A DNA stretch of 64,000 nucleotides, from positions 85,037 through 149,036 of the forward strand of contig JADKGE010000003.1 in NCBI GenBank assembly GCA_016717115.1, in the 5' to 3' direction. Made by a program: the position numbers and the translations under genes. This document shows positions 6,074 through 15,046 of the stretch, one piece after another. Position 1 is the first letter of the stretch, and every line of letters begins with the position of its first letter. Under the pieces are notes generated by a model. It had not been told where the DNA came from, searched no databases, and saw only the letters and a program-made list of their open reading frames with translations. The DNA comes from Actinomycetota bacterium (GTDB lineage Bacteria; Actinomycetota; Actinomycetes; S36-B12).

Positions 6074-8359
6074 ATGAGGTTCCAGGCTTTCGTTGCCGTG
6101 ATCCGCCGGTACTGGGCGACGACACTCCTCGTGGCCATCGTGCTGGTCGCTGGAGTGGTGACCGGGGCGCTGTGGCAGGGCGTCGCAACAGGCACATCAC
6201 TCTTCGAGAACGTCGCCTACGGTCTGCCGGCGCTGCAGGCCGGTCGCTGGTGGACGTTCCTGACCGGGATGGCCTTCGCGCCGCAGCCGGTGCTGTACAT
6301 CCCGGTCCTCGTGCTCGTGGCCTGGGCGGCGAGCGTGTACGAGCGCCGCGTCGGTCACGTTCGAACCCTGGTGGTTGCCATCGGCGGCCAGGCCCTGGGC
6401 GCCCTGCTGACCGCACTGTTCTTGATGCCGTTCGACGAGAGTGGCTGGACCTGGGCACGCGACCTCGGCAACGAGTACGACCTCGGCATCTCCGCCGGTG
6501 GACTTGCCCTGGTCGGAGCGCTTACGGCTGTCATGCAGCCCATCTGGCGTACCCGCGTCCGCGTGGGAGTGTTCGCGTATCTCATCGCCATGGTGCTCAA
6601 CTCCGGGTTGCTGTGGGACGTCGAGCACGTCGTGGCGTTCACGATCGCCGTGATGGCGGGTCCCTACCTGGCGGGTCGCCGTCCGAGCAGGCCGGTGTTC
6701 AGCTTCCAGCGCCGCACCCAGCGGTCGCTCGTGGCGCTGATCATCGCGGTCACGGCAGTCACGTCAGTGATCGAAGGCATGTTCCCGGGGACGGGCGGGC
6801 CGTTCCAGTCCGAGGGCTCGGCGCAGCACTCGACAGGTTTCGGCCTGGGCTTCATCGTCGGGGCGCTCCTCCTGCTCGTACTCGCTGATGGCCTCAGGCG
6901 TGGGCGACGCGTGGCGTGGATTCTCTCGACGGCGTTGCTCCTGCTGACCCTCGCTGGGGCGATCGCCGCTGAGCCGAGTTCAGAGCGCACCGCCGACATC
7001 TTCCTGGCATCCGCTCAGCTCCTTCTTCTCCTCGTCACTGTCCGCGCGTTCAGTTCGCGCCCACAGCAGCGGGCCGTTCGCCGCCTGGGCAAGCGCGTGC
7101 TCGTCGGCGGGGGAATCCTCATCGCCTACACGGTGATCGGGGCGCTCGTCCTGCAGGACGACTTCGCCGATCAGACTCTCCTGGCCGGACTGTTCGTCGC
7201 CTCGCTCACGGTGCTGTGGGTGGGGGCACTGTTCATGCTCGTGGTGGGGCTGGTGTACTCCAGCCGCCGCCCGGAGTCCGGAGCGGATGACGACGTGCGG
7301 CTCCGCGAGTTGCTGCGCAGCAGCCCCTCCTCGAATATCGAGTGGATGCTGACCTGGAAGGGCATCTCGGTCTGGTTCTCGCGGGACGGCCAGACCGCCA
7401 TCGGGTACGAGGTCGTGGGCTCGGTGGCCCTGTGCCTCGCAGACCCCGTCGGGCACTTGGACAGACGACTGGCCGCCCTGCACGAGTTCGACGAGTACTG
7501 CTTCGCGAACGGCTGGATCCCCTGCCTCTTCGCCGCGAGCCAGGCGACCGCGGACATGGCGCCGGACCTGCGGTGGAAGGCGATCGAGGTGGCCGAGGAC
7601 AGCGTGATGTCGCTCGACAATGTCGAGTTCGCCGGGAAGTCATGGCAGGACGTGCGTACCGCGCTCAACAAGGCCGGCAAGCAAGACATCGAGCTGCTGC
7701 CCACCCAGTGGGCGGACTGCGGGCCGGTGTTCACCGACCAGTTGCGGGCCATCAGCGGCGAGTGGGTCGGTGAGAAGGCGCTGCCCGAGATGGGCTTCAC
7801 CCTCGGCACCCTGCGGGAGGCGGACGACCCGGAGGTACGCCTCAACCTGGCGGTAGGGCCGGACAAGACGGTCGAGGGGTTCACGTCATGGATGCCAGTG
7901 GCCGAGAACGGGGAGGTCGTGGGCTGGACTCTCGACCTGATGCGTCGGCGTGACACGGGGTTCAGGCCGGTGATGGAGTTCCTTATCGGCGCATCGGCAC
8001 GCCAATTCCACGAGGAGGGCTACCGTTTCATCAGCTTGTCGGCGGCTCCGCTCGCGAAGGCCCCGACGGAGCTGCAAGGCAGCAGCGACGAGCAGGTGCT
8101 GCAGAAGCTGCTGAACCTCCTGGGCACCGTCCTCGAGCCCTACTACGGATTCCAGTCGCTGTTCCGGTTCAAGGAGAAGTTCAACCCCGAGCACCGGCCG
8201 CTGTACCTCGTGTTCCCTGACGAGACCGCCCTGGCCGAGATCGGCCTGGCGGTGGCACGGGCCTACATGCCTGACGCCGGGCTCGTCGACTGGGTGCGGA
8301 TGGGCTGGGAGATGGTCGTACCGAAACACCCGGTACCCCAGTCAGGAGGCACCGCATGA
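6074..8359 (+). CDS. Aminoacyl-phosphatidylglycerol synthase (MprF C-terminal DUF2156 domain) fused to a polytopic N-terminus with a rhomboid-like segment
   Basis: The C-terminal 350 aa (IEWMLTWKGISVWFS...GWTLDLMRRRDTGFRPVMEFLI...YRFISLSAAPLA...YYGFQSLFRFKEKFNPEHRPLYLVF) match the LPG-synthase C domain. ATG at 6074 follows GGAGGG; GTG at 6047 is an alternative start. Confidence 0.75.
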   Translation: MRFQAFVAVIRRYWATTLLVAIVLVAGVVTGALWQGVATGTSLFENVAYGLPALQAGRWWTFLTGMAFAPQPVLYIPVLVLVAWAASVYERRVGHVRTLVVAIGGQALGALLTALFLMPFDESGWTWARDLGNEYDLGISAGGLALVGALTAVMQPIWRTRVRVGVFAYLIAMVLNSGLLWDVEHVVAFTIAVMAGPYLAGRRPSRPVFSFQRRTQRSLVALIIAVTAVTSVIEGMFPGTGGPFQSEGSAQHSTGFGLGFIVGALLLLVLADGLRRGRRVAWILSTALLLLTLAGAIAAEPSSERTADIFLASAQLLLLLVTVRAFSSRPQQRAVRRLGKRVLVGGGILIAYTVIGALVLQDDFADQTLLAGLFVASLTVLWVGALFMLVVGLVYSSRRPESGADDDVRLRELLRSSPSSNIEWMLTWKGISVWFSRDGQTAIGYEVVGSVALCLADPVGHLDRRLAALHEFDEYCFANGWIPCLFAASQATADMAPDLRWKAIEVAEDSVMSLDNVEFAGKSWQDVRTALNKAGKQDIELLPTQWADCGPVFTDQLRAISGEWVGEKALPEMGFTLGTLREADDPEVRLNLAVGPDKTVEGFTSWMPVAENGEVVGWTLDLMRRRDTGFRPVMEFLIGASARQFHEEGYRFISLSAAPLAKAPTELQGSSDEQVLQKLLNLLGTVLEPYYGFQSLFRFKEKFNPEHRPLYLVFPDETALAEIGLAVARAYMPDAGLVDWVRMGWEMVVPKHPVPQSGGTA

Positions 8360-9912
8360 CCGCCGAACTCGACGGCTTCGAGTTGCAGGCGGCGATCGGC
8401 TCCGCCGCGACCGCGTCCGGGCATCCGGTCCTGAACGCCGGTCGAGGACAGCCGAACTGGCTGGCCACACAGCCACGCGACGCTGCCTTCGTGCTCGGGC
8501 GCTTTGCCCTTCGCGAAGCACGTGCCTCGAGCACGCATCCCGAATGGGGAATGACCCCCAACAGCGAGGGAATCGCTGACCGCCTCGCTCGGTCACTCAG
8601 CTCGGACGAGTCGGAGGGCGCGGACTTCCTGCGCAGTGCCGTCGAGTACGGGGTCACCACGTTCGGCTTCGAGCCTGACGCGTGGGTGCACGAGCTCGCG
8701 CGGGCCGTGCTGGGCGACGGGTACCCGTCGCCCAACCGCATGTTGGCCCACATCGAGAAGGTGATGGAGCGCTACCTGGTGGAGGCCAGCGGGGCGGAGC
8801 AGGCGCCTGTCGGCACGTATCAGGTGTTCGGCACAGAGGGCGGCGCGGCCGCGATGGCCTATGTGTTCCGGTCGTTGCAGGAGAACGGAGTGATCCGGCC
8901 TGGCGACAAGGTCGCGATCGCCACGCCCGTCTTCACCCCCTACCTGCAGATTCCGGTGCTCGAGGACTTCGGGCTCGAGGTGGTGCCGATCCACGCTGCG
9001 CACAACAGCCCGTCACGGTTCACCGACGACGTACTCGACCAGCTCCTCGATCCCGAGATCAAGGTGTTCTTCCTCGTCAACCCGGGAAACCCAGACAGTC
9101 GCGCGGTCAGACCGGAACGGCTGCGCGCCCTGCGTGACCTGGTCACCGAGAACCGACCTGATCTCGTCATCGTTGCCGACACCGTCTACGCCACGTTCGT
9201 CGAGGACTTCCGGGGGATGCTGGCCGACCTGCCTCATCACGTCGTCAGCGTGCACTCATTCTCCAAGAACTTCGGTGCGACTGGTTCGCGACTTGGCTTC
9301 GTCGCACTCCACCGCGACCATGTCCTCGACCGGATCCTTGCCGGCCAGGACGAGGAAATCCGCCAGGTGCAGGCGGACCGCTACTCGTCTCTGACGTCGG
9401 ACGTCACGGCGCTGTCCTTCATGGCTCGGATGGTTGCCGACAGCCGCGAGGTGGCGCTGCACAACATCACCGGCCTGGCCACGCCCGATCAGCTTCAGAT
9501 GGCGTTCTTCGCGCTCGCGTACCTGATGCCCTCCGGGCGGTCCTACATCGCGGCGACGCGCGCCGAGCTGGCCGCGCGCGATGCCGCGCTCCGGGCTCCG
9601 CTGCAGATCCCGCCGCCTGGCGGTCAGGACAGCATGTACTACGCACTCGTCGACCTGCTGCAGGTCACCGAGGCGCTCTGCGGTCCAGGCGGAGTCGAGC
9701 GCCTGATGGCCAGTCAGACGCCGACGGCGATCCCGCTCAAGCTCGCGCAGGAGTACGGCGTGATCGTCCTGCCGGGTCAGCTCTACGGCGCGCACTCGTG
9801 GGACGTCCGCGTCTCGCTCGCCTCTCTGACCGTGGACGAACTTGGCCGCGTGGGAGCCGCGCTCGCCGCAGTGCTGACGGACATGGCAGGCCTACCGGTC
9901 CGAGGAAGGTAG
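8356..9912 (+). CDS. Aspartate 4-decarboxylase-like class I/II PLP aminotransferase
   Basis: The ATGA overlap with the preceding stop suggests translational coupling. LNAGRGQPNWLATQPRDAAF and the PLP-lysine block SFSKNFGATGSRLGF resemble the AsdA family. Confidence 0.65.
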   Translation: MTAELDGFELQAAIGSAATASGHPVLNAGRGQPNWLATQPRDAAFVLGRFALREARASSTHPEWGMTPNSEGIADRLARSLSSDESEGADFLRSAVEYGVTTFGFEPDAWVHELARAVLGDGYPSPNRMLAHIEKVMERYLVEASGAEQAPVGTYQVFGTEGGAAAMAYVFRSLQENGVIRPGDKVAIATPVFTPYLQIPVLEDFGLEVVPIHAAHNSPSRFTDDVLDQLLDPEIKVFFLVNPGNPDSRAVRPERLRALRDLVTENRPDLVIVADTVYATFVEDFRGMLADLPHHVVSVHSFSKNFGATGSRLGFVALHRDHVLDRILAGQDEEIRQVQADRYSSLTSDVTALSFMARMVADSREVALHNITGLATPDQLQMAFFALAYLMPSGRSYIAATRAELAARDAALRAPLQIPPPGGQDSMYYALVDLLQVTEALCGPGGVERLMASQTPTAIPLKLAQEYGVIVLPGQLYGAHSWDVRVSLASLTVDELGRVGAALAAVLTDMAGLPVRGR

Positions 9913-9922
9913 CCCCGGATGT

Positions 9923-11302
9923 TCAGGCGCGCGAGCGGGCGCGCTGTGCCTCCATGTGCACGTCGAACTCCTCGCGCCACGTCTCGCTAACCGCGATGCC
10001 ATTGCGCCGAGCCTCCTCGGTGCTGAGCTCGACCGGGAAGCCGTAGGTGTCGTAGAGGACGAACAGCTCGGCACCGGTGACGCCGGTGGCCCGGTGCCCC
10101 TTCAACTGCTTGATGCCCTTGCGAAGGGTCCTACGGAAGGCCTGCTCCTCCTTCGACAGCACGTCGATGACTGAGTCGGCGTGCTCGGAGACCTCGGGGA
10201 AGTGATGCGTGTAGATGCCGGAGATCGTCGGGACGATCTGGGGAAAGAAGTTCTCCTCCAGCCCGAGGTCGAACGCATACCGGGTGGCCCTGCGGATGAG
10301 CCGTCGCATGACGTAGCCCTGTGCCTTGTTGCTGGGGCGTACGCCGTCGACAGCGAGGAACGTGGCGCCGCGCAGGTGATCGGCGATGACTCGCATCGCT
10401 CGTGTCTCGTCCTCGTAGCGCTTGCCAGACAGCTCCTCGAGCTTCTCCACGATCGGCCACAGCAGCCCGATCCGGAAGACGTCGCCGGTGTTGATGGCTG
10501 CGGCGGCGATGCGGGCGAGGCCGCCGCCGTAGTCCACGTTGCGACGAGGCAGGGGCTCGAAACCGGTCTCGGTGCGTCGGTACTCCATGAAGACGGAGTT
10601 CCCCAGCTCGATGAAGCGCCCGCAGTCGCAGTTCTGGTGACAGTGTGGCCCGTAGGCTGGGTCGTGCTCGATGTCCGGGAAAAGGTAGAACACCTCGGTG
10701 TCTGGTCCGCCGGGCTCACCCACGGGCATGTCCTCTGCGGTGCCGCCGCGGCACCACCAATTCTTCTTGCCGTAGAAGGCGATGCGAGCGCCACCGGTGC
10801 CCTGCAGAGCAGCGTTCTCCTCGCTACCGAGTTCCACTTGGTCTGAGGAGATGCCAGCTGCCGTGAACAGTTCGGTCCAGATGCCTGCTGACTCGGTGTC
10901 CTTGGGAATGCCGTGGGCGGGGTCACCGATGAAGCAGGAGACGTAGATGCGCTCCGGGCTCAGTCCCACTCGCTCGGTGAGGAACGTCCAGAACTGCCTG
11001 ATCTGGACATCCTTGAAGTAGTCGCCCAGGCTCCAGCAGCCGAGCATCTCGAAGAAGGTGGTGTGACGGCTGTCGCCGACCTCCTCGATGTCCTGCACGC
11101 GCAGGCATGTCTGACTGTCGGTGAGACGCCGGCCATCGGGATGGTCCTGTCCGAGCAGGTACGGGAGGAGGGGCTGCATGCCGCTGCCCGTGAACAGGGT
11201 CGTGGGGTCATCCTTCGGAATCAGCGGAGCACGCGGGATAACCGTGTGGCCTTGCTCGGCCATGTACTCGAGAAAGGCACTGCGAATCTGATCGGCGTCC
11301 AT
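9923..11302 (-). CDS. Alanine--tRNA ligase catalytic-fragment paralog (aminoacylation plus tRNA-recognition domains only; no editing or C-Ala domain)
   Basis: From the ATG at 11302, MDADQIRSAFLEYMAEQGH...DDPTTLFTGSGMQ...HTTFFEMLGCWSLGDYFK...VIADHLRGATFL...PSNKAQGYVMRRLIRRA...LYDTYGFPVEL...MEAQRARSRA is collinear with E. coli AlaRS residues 1 to about 461 and stops there. Confidence 0.8.
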   Translation of the reverse strand: MDADQIRSAFLEYMAEQGHTVIPRAPLIPKDDPTTLFTGSGMQPLLPYLLGQDHPDGRRLTDSQTCLRVQDIEEVGDSRHTTFFEMLGCWSLGDYFKDVQIRQFWTFLTERVGLSPERIYVSCFIGDPAHGIPKDTESAGIWTELFTAAGISSDQVELGSEENAALQGTGGARIAFYGKKNWWCRGGTAEDMPVGEPGGPDTEVFYLFPDIEHDPAYGPHCHQNCDCGRFIELGNSVFMEYRRTETGFEPLPRRNVDYGGGLARIAAAAINTGDVFRIGLLWPIVEKLEELSGKRYEDETRAMRVIADHLRGATFLAVDGVRPSNKAQGYVMRRLIRRATRYAFDLGLEENFFPQIVPTISGIYTHHFPEVSEHADSVIDVLSKEEQAFRRTLRKGIKQLKGHRATGVTGAELFVLYDTYGFPVELSTEEARRNGIAVSETWREEFDVHMEAQRARSRA

Positions 11303-11660
11303 GAACCTATTCGACACTAGGCGTGGCCACCCTGTCAGACGATCCCACCACCGGCCGCCGCCGTCGTGACAATGCGTGCCCAGTTTGCGGGCTACTCGAA
11401 ACTCGACTAATCTCACGACCGATCAAGGGGGATGCGCACTTGGGGCGCCCCGCCAGGTTCAACTCCTGGGTCCTCCACAATGCGCCGCTGGCCGCCTGTG
11501 AGGCGGCCAGCGGCGTTGTTCGTAAGCATCCATGCTGGATGCCTTCTAAGTCGCATCCACTATGCGGCTCGCCGTGGGACCGCTGCACCTCGTCGACAGC
11601 CGACACCTCCCGAACGCGCACATCGAGAATGCGGTCGCAGCGCGAAGTCCTTGATATGAA
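11303..11660 (-). promoter_or_regulatory. Long structured 5' leader of the AlaRS-like gene (candidate attenuator or riboswitch-like element)
   Basis: A 13-bp perfect hairpin spans 11484-11514. GCATCC (11526), GGATGC (11537) and GCATCC (11553) allow mutually exclusive pairings. A CCAGG-N7-CCTGG hairpin lies at 11453-11469. GGGUGGCCACGCC on the minus strand lies 20-35 nt before the start. There is no convincing SD. Confidence 0.35.
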
Positions 11661-11705
11661 ACGGTTTCATGTCTGCTGGAATTGCGCGCACGCCAAGGAC
11701 CGGGC

Positions 11706-13235
11706 ATGGTTCCGCTGTTGGCTCACCCCGTCGAAGGGCTCCTCGTGCGTGGATTCCGTACCTCCCGTGTGTTCGCTTGGATCGGCGTCGGTGCTGTTGC
11801 CGCCGGCGTCCTCGTATCTGTCCCGGCTCCGGCGGCCGCCGCGTCCACCCTGCCGTGGGCGTCATGTGGCGAGGCGGGCCTGGATGCGGGGGGCTTCCAG
11901 TGCGCCACGCTTACTGTCCCGAAGGATCGCAAGAATCCCAAGGACGGCACGATCAAGCTCGCGGTCATCCGGCATCCCAGCACGGGCACACCGGAGCAGC
12001 GCATCGGCTCACTGGTGCTCAACCCGGGCGGTCCAGGCGGCGCAGGAACCGAGGTCGTCGAGCCCATCTGGGCAGCCCTGCCTGACGAGATCAAGGCCCG
12101 CTTCGACCTGGTGTCGTGGGATCCTCGCGGAGTCGGCCAGTCCACGCCGGCGCTGAAGGGCTGCGACGCGCCGTGGCCAGACCGGCCCGACACCGGCCCC
12201 GTCAACTGGGCGAAGGTCGCCACGGCGTTCCAGAAGACCCTGGCGAAGGCCAACGCCGACTGCCAGGCGAAGAACGCCGACCTCGTCCCCTTCATGGGGA
12301 CCAACGAGAACGTCGAGGACCTGGACCGGCTCCGGGCCGCGCTCGGCGACGAGAAGCTGACGTTCTGGGGTATCAGCTACGGCACGCGCATCGGATACCT
12401 GTACGCACTCAAGCATCCCGAGCGCACCCGAGCCATCATCCTCGACGGCTCCATCGATCCGGCCGGCACGACTCTGGGCTTCGCCGACGGCGGCTCGGCC
12501 TCTGATCAGGCCTTCGGAGTGTTCGCCCAGCTGTACCCCAAGGCCGCGGCCGCGATCCAGCTCTCGCTGGCGAAGCTGAACACGAAGACCGTTCCCCTGC
12601 CCAACGGCACTGAGCTCACCCGCTGGGATGTCATCGACTTCGTCTACAACGCGATCGCCCAGGAGCGGGTCTACGCGCCCATCGCCGACCAGGTCGCGGG
12701 TCTGCTCTACGCGGCGGTCTTCGGCAAGGGCGCGCAGCAGGCTGCGGCCGCCGAGGCGGCGGTCGGCGTGTTCGCCCGCCAGCCCAACGCGAACGCGGGT
12801 GGCGTCTTCTCGGTGGTCAACTGCCTGGACTACCCGGGGCGGCCGGGCCTCCAGCAGGCGATCTCTGCCATCAACACGCAGCGTCGGTACGGCCCGGTCA
12901 ACGGCGCCACCACCACGACCTCGTTCGTGCTGGGCTGCTCCGGGCTGTCGATGAAGCCGGACCCCGTCCCGCTCATCGGCGGGCAGGGTCCGGACGTCCC
13001 GCTCCTGATCCTCGGGGCGACGCGCGACGGATCGACCCCCCAGATGTGGACTGCGCGCATGTCGCGGGCGTTCCCCCAGTCCCGCACAGTGACCTACGCC
13101 GGCGGTCTGCACGGCACGTGGGTCGCGAGCAACGGGGACTGCGTGAACTCCGTCGCCAACACCTATGTCACGACGCTGGCACTGCCCGCGACGGACCTCG
13201 CCTGCCCGAACTCCTACCAGCCACCAAGCAACTAG
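11706..13235 (+). CDS. Secreted alpha/beta-hydrolase, tripeptidyl-aminopeptidase-like (S33) serine peptidase
   Basis: ATG at 11706 follows AAGGA. Signal-like N-terminus. LVLNPGGPGGAG, WDPRGVGQS and the nucleophile elbow FWGISYGT are present. Confidence 0.75.
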   Translation: MVPLLAHPVEGLLVRGFRTSRVFAWIGVGAVAAGVLVSVPAPAAAASTLPWASCGEAGLDAGGFQCATLTVPKDRKNPKDGTIKLAVIRHPSTGTPEQRIGSLVLNPGGPGGAGTEVVEPIWAALPDEIKARFDLVSWDPRGVGQSTPALKGCDAPWPDRPDTGPVNWAKVATAFQKTLAKANADCQAKNADLVPFMGTNENVEDLDRLRAALGDEKLTFWGISYGTRIGYLYALKHPERTRAIILDGSIDPAGTTLGFADGGSASDQAFGVFAQLYPKAAAAIQLSLAKLNTKTVPLPNGTELTRWDVIDFVYNAIAQERVYAPIADQVAGLLYAAVFGKGAQQAAAAEAAVGVFARQPNANAGGVFSVVNCLDYPGRPGLQQAISAINTQRRYGPVNGATTTTSFVLGCSGLSMKPDPVPLIGGQGPDVPLLILGATRDGSTPQMWTARMSRAFPQSRTVTYAGGLHGTWVASNGDCVNSVANTYVTTLALPATDLACPNSYQPPSN

Positions 13236-13258
13236 CAGCCCGGGCAACGGCCCTTCGT

Positions 13259-13315
13259 CGAGACCTGCTGAGTCGTCGCCAGCGAGCAGTCTGGTAGCGG
13301 ATTCGGCAGGTCTCG
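13259..13315 (+). terminator. Long hairpin downstream of the peptidase gene
   Basis: CGAGACCTGC (13259-13268) pairs perfectly with GCAGGTCTCG (13306-13315). A second hairpin CGTCAG-N5-CTGACG lies at 13324-13340. No U-tract. Confidence 0.3.
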
Positions 13316-13504
13316 TCGTCAACCGTCAGCCCCACTGACGGTGACCGCCCCCTCCGTGCGCTGCAGGAGGGGAGACTGGGACGTGTCGGGTGGATAGCGA
13401 AACCGACTTCCGAACGACGGGGAAGCCCCCGCTCGACGGGCCGAACGCGAGCGCGAAGGGGACGTCTAGGCTCCGATCGGGATCTGGCGGGCGAGGGAGG
13501 GCCG

Positions 13505-15046
13505 ATGGAGCGCTCGACAGCCGACGTGGATGGCCGCGCGCCCGAACCGTCGGCGGTGGTCGAGGCGCTCGGGTGGGTGCTGGACAGCCGGCAGTTCAGG
13601 CGTTCGGTTCGATCGCGTGGATTCCTGGCGTACGTGGTCACGGAGACCCTGGCAGGGCGCGGCGAGCGACTGTCGGAACGCACCGTCGCACGAGGTGGCA
13701 TGCAGCGCTCCAGCGACTTCGACGGCAGGGGTGACGCGACCGTGCGGGTCCAGGCGACTCGAGTCCGCAAGGGCCTTGAGGACTATTACTCGGCCGACGG
13801 AGGCAACGATCCCCTTCGCATCGTTCTTCCGCGCGGCTCATACATCCCTGTCTTCGAGCACTCCGGGTTACACGCACCAGACGTCTCAAGAGTGCCAGGA
13901 GTCGTCGTCGTCGTGCTGACGCCGTTGGGCGAGGAGCCCGCTGAATCCGTCGCCCGATCGCTGTCGGAATCCCTGGTCCACCATCTCGCGGCACACACTC
14001 ACATCAGGGTTGTTGGACCCATCGATGCGTCTGCGGATGCTCGACGATCGGCCTCGGCCGCAGGAGTCTCCTCGGTCCTCACGGGACAGGTCACTGTCCG
14101 CGACGAACGACTCACGCTGGCGGTCCGGCTAGTCGACGCGGAATCCGCTGAGGTCCTGTGGTCGACGGAGGAGGTCGTCACACTCGCTGATCTCGCGCGA
14201 TTCGAGACCGAGGAGGAGTGGTCGCGCGCCATCGCCTCGACGGTGGGAGACCCCTCGGGTCTGGTGATCCGTCAGGCATTGGGGCGCGGGCGAAGCGGCG
14301 GCACCGAGCCGGAACTCGCGGCCCGGCTCGCCTTCTACGCCCACCTCTACCGGGAGACGGAGACCTCGCTCACGGAGGCGATCACCCTCGTCGACGCGGC
14401 GCTCGACGCCGGATTGCGAACGGCCCCACTCCTCGCCATGCGAGGCGCACTTGCCAACTCCTCCAGCATCTACGACTTCGCCGACACGGAGGCCGAACTC
14501 GACCGGGCCGCGTCACTCGCTCGCGAGGCCCTGGCACTGGACGGCGACAATGCGCATGCTCACCTCGTCCTCAGCTGGCCGACGCTCGTGCGGGGGCACC
14601 CGCAACTGGCCATCGAGCATGTCGAGACAGCGGTGCGACTGGCGCCCTATCAGCCGTTCTACCTGATCGCAGCCGGGATCGCTCTCAGTGCATGCGGAGA
14701 GTGGCAGCGTGGCTCGGAACTGATCCGGGAGGCGCACAGCCTGAATCCGGGAATGTCGGCACTCACCCGTGGGTGGCTTGCCATGGGCCACCTTGTCAAC
14801 GAGGACTATGGGCGGGCCCTCGCGGAGGCGAGCCTTCTGCCTTCGGGGGACGGCTACGTGTGGGGCTCGCTCCTGAGAGCGATGGCACTCTCCGGCCTGG
14901 GCTACGTCGAACAGTCGCAGGTCGAGGCGGCAAGGGCACGAGAGATGCGGCCCGACGTCATGAACGACCTTGCTGGCCATCTCGGCGGCATGATGAGGCT
15001 CACCCCTGAGCAGTTGACGCGGCTCGTCTCCCTGGTATCCGAATAG
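13505..15046 (+). CDS. TPR-repeat regulatory protein with N-terminal wHTH-like and TolB_N-like modules
   Basis: GAGGGAGG lies upstream of the ATG. FRRSVRSRGFLAYVVTETLAGRGERLSERTVA...VRVQATRVRKGLEDYY...LPRGSYIPVF is the module seen in TPR and cyclase regulators. The C-terminal half is TPR-like. Confidence 0.55.
   Translation: MERSTADVDGRAPEPSAVVEALGWVLDSRQFRRSVRSRGFLAYVVTETLAGRGERLSERTVARGGMQRSSDFDGRGDATVRVQATRVRKGLEDYYSADGGNDPLRIVLPRGSYIPVFEHSGLHAPDVSRVPGVVVVVLTPLGEEPAESVARSLSESLVHHLAAHTHIRVVGPIDASADARRSASAAGVSSVLTGQVTVRDERLTLAVRLVDAESAEVLWSTEEVVTLADLARFETEEEWSRAIASTVGDPSGLVIRQALGRGRSGGTEPELAARLAFYAHLYRETETSLTEAITLVDAALDAGLRTAPLLAMRGALANSSSIYDFADTEAELDRAASLAREALALDGDNAHAHLVLSWPTLVRGHPQLAIEHVETAVRLAPYQPFYLIAAGIALSACGEWQRGSELIREAHSLNPGMSALTRGWLAMGHLVNEDYGRALAEASLLPSGDGYVWGSLLRAMALSGLGYVEQSQVEAARAREMRPDVMNDLAGHLGGMMRLTPEQLTRLVSLVSE

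Noticed and set aside
11421-11480. tRNA-like segment GGGGGAT..GGGGCGCCCC..CCAGGTTCAACTCCTGG-GTCCTCC-A: a T-arm, an acceptor 3' strand and a possible 7-bp acceptor pairing with two G-U pairs.
   Set aside because: Only about 19 nt separate the acceptor 5' strand from the T-arm, so there is no D-arm or anticodon arm. It is not a tRNA gene. It could be a displaced tRNA 3' half (an integration scar), but no integrase or matching tRNA gene is in the window, so it is kept only as part of the leader observation.
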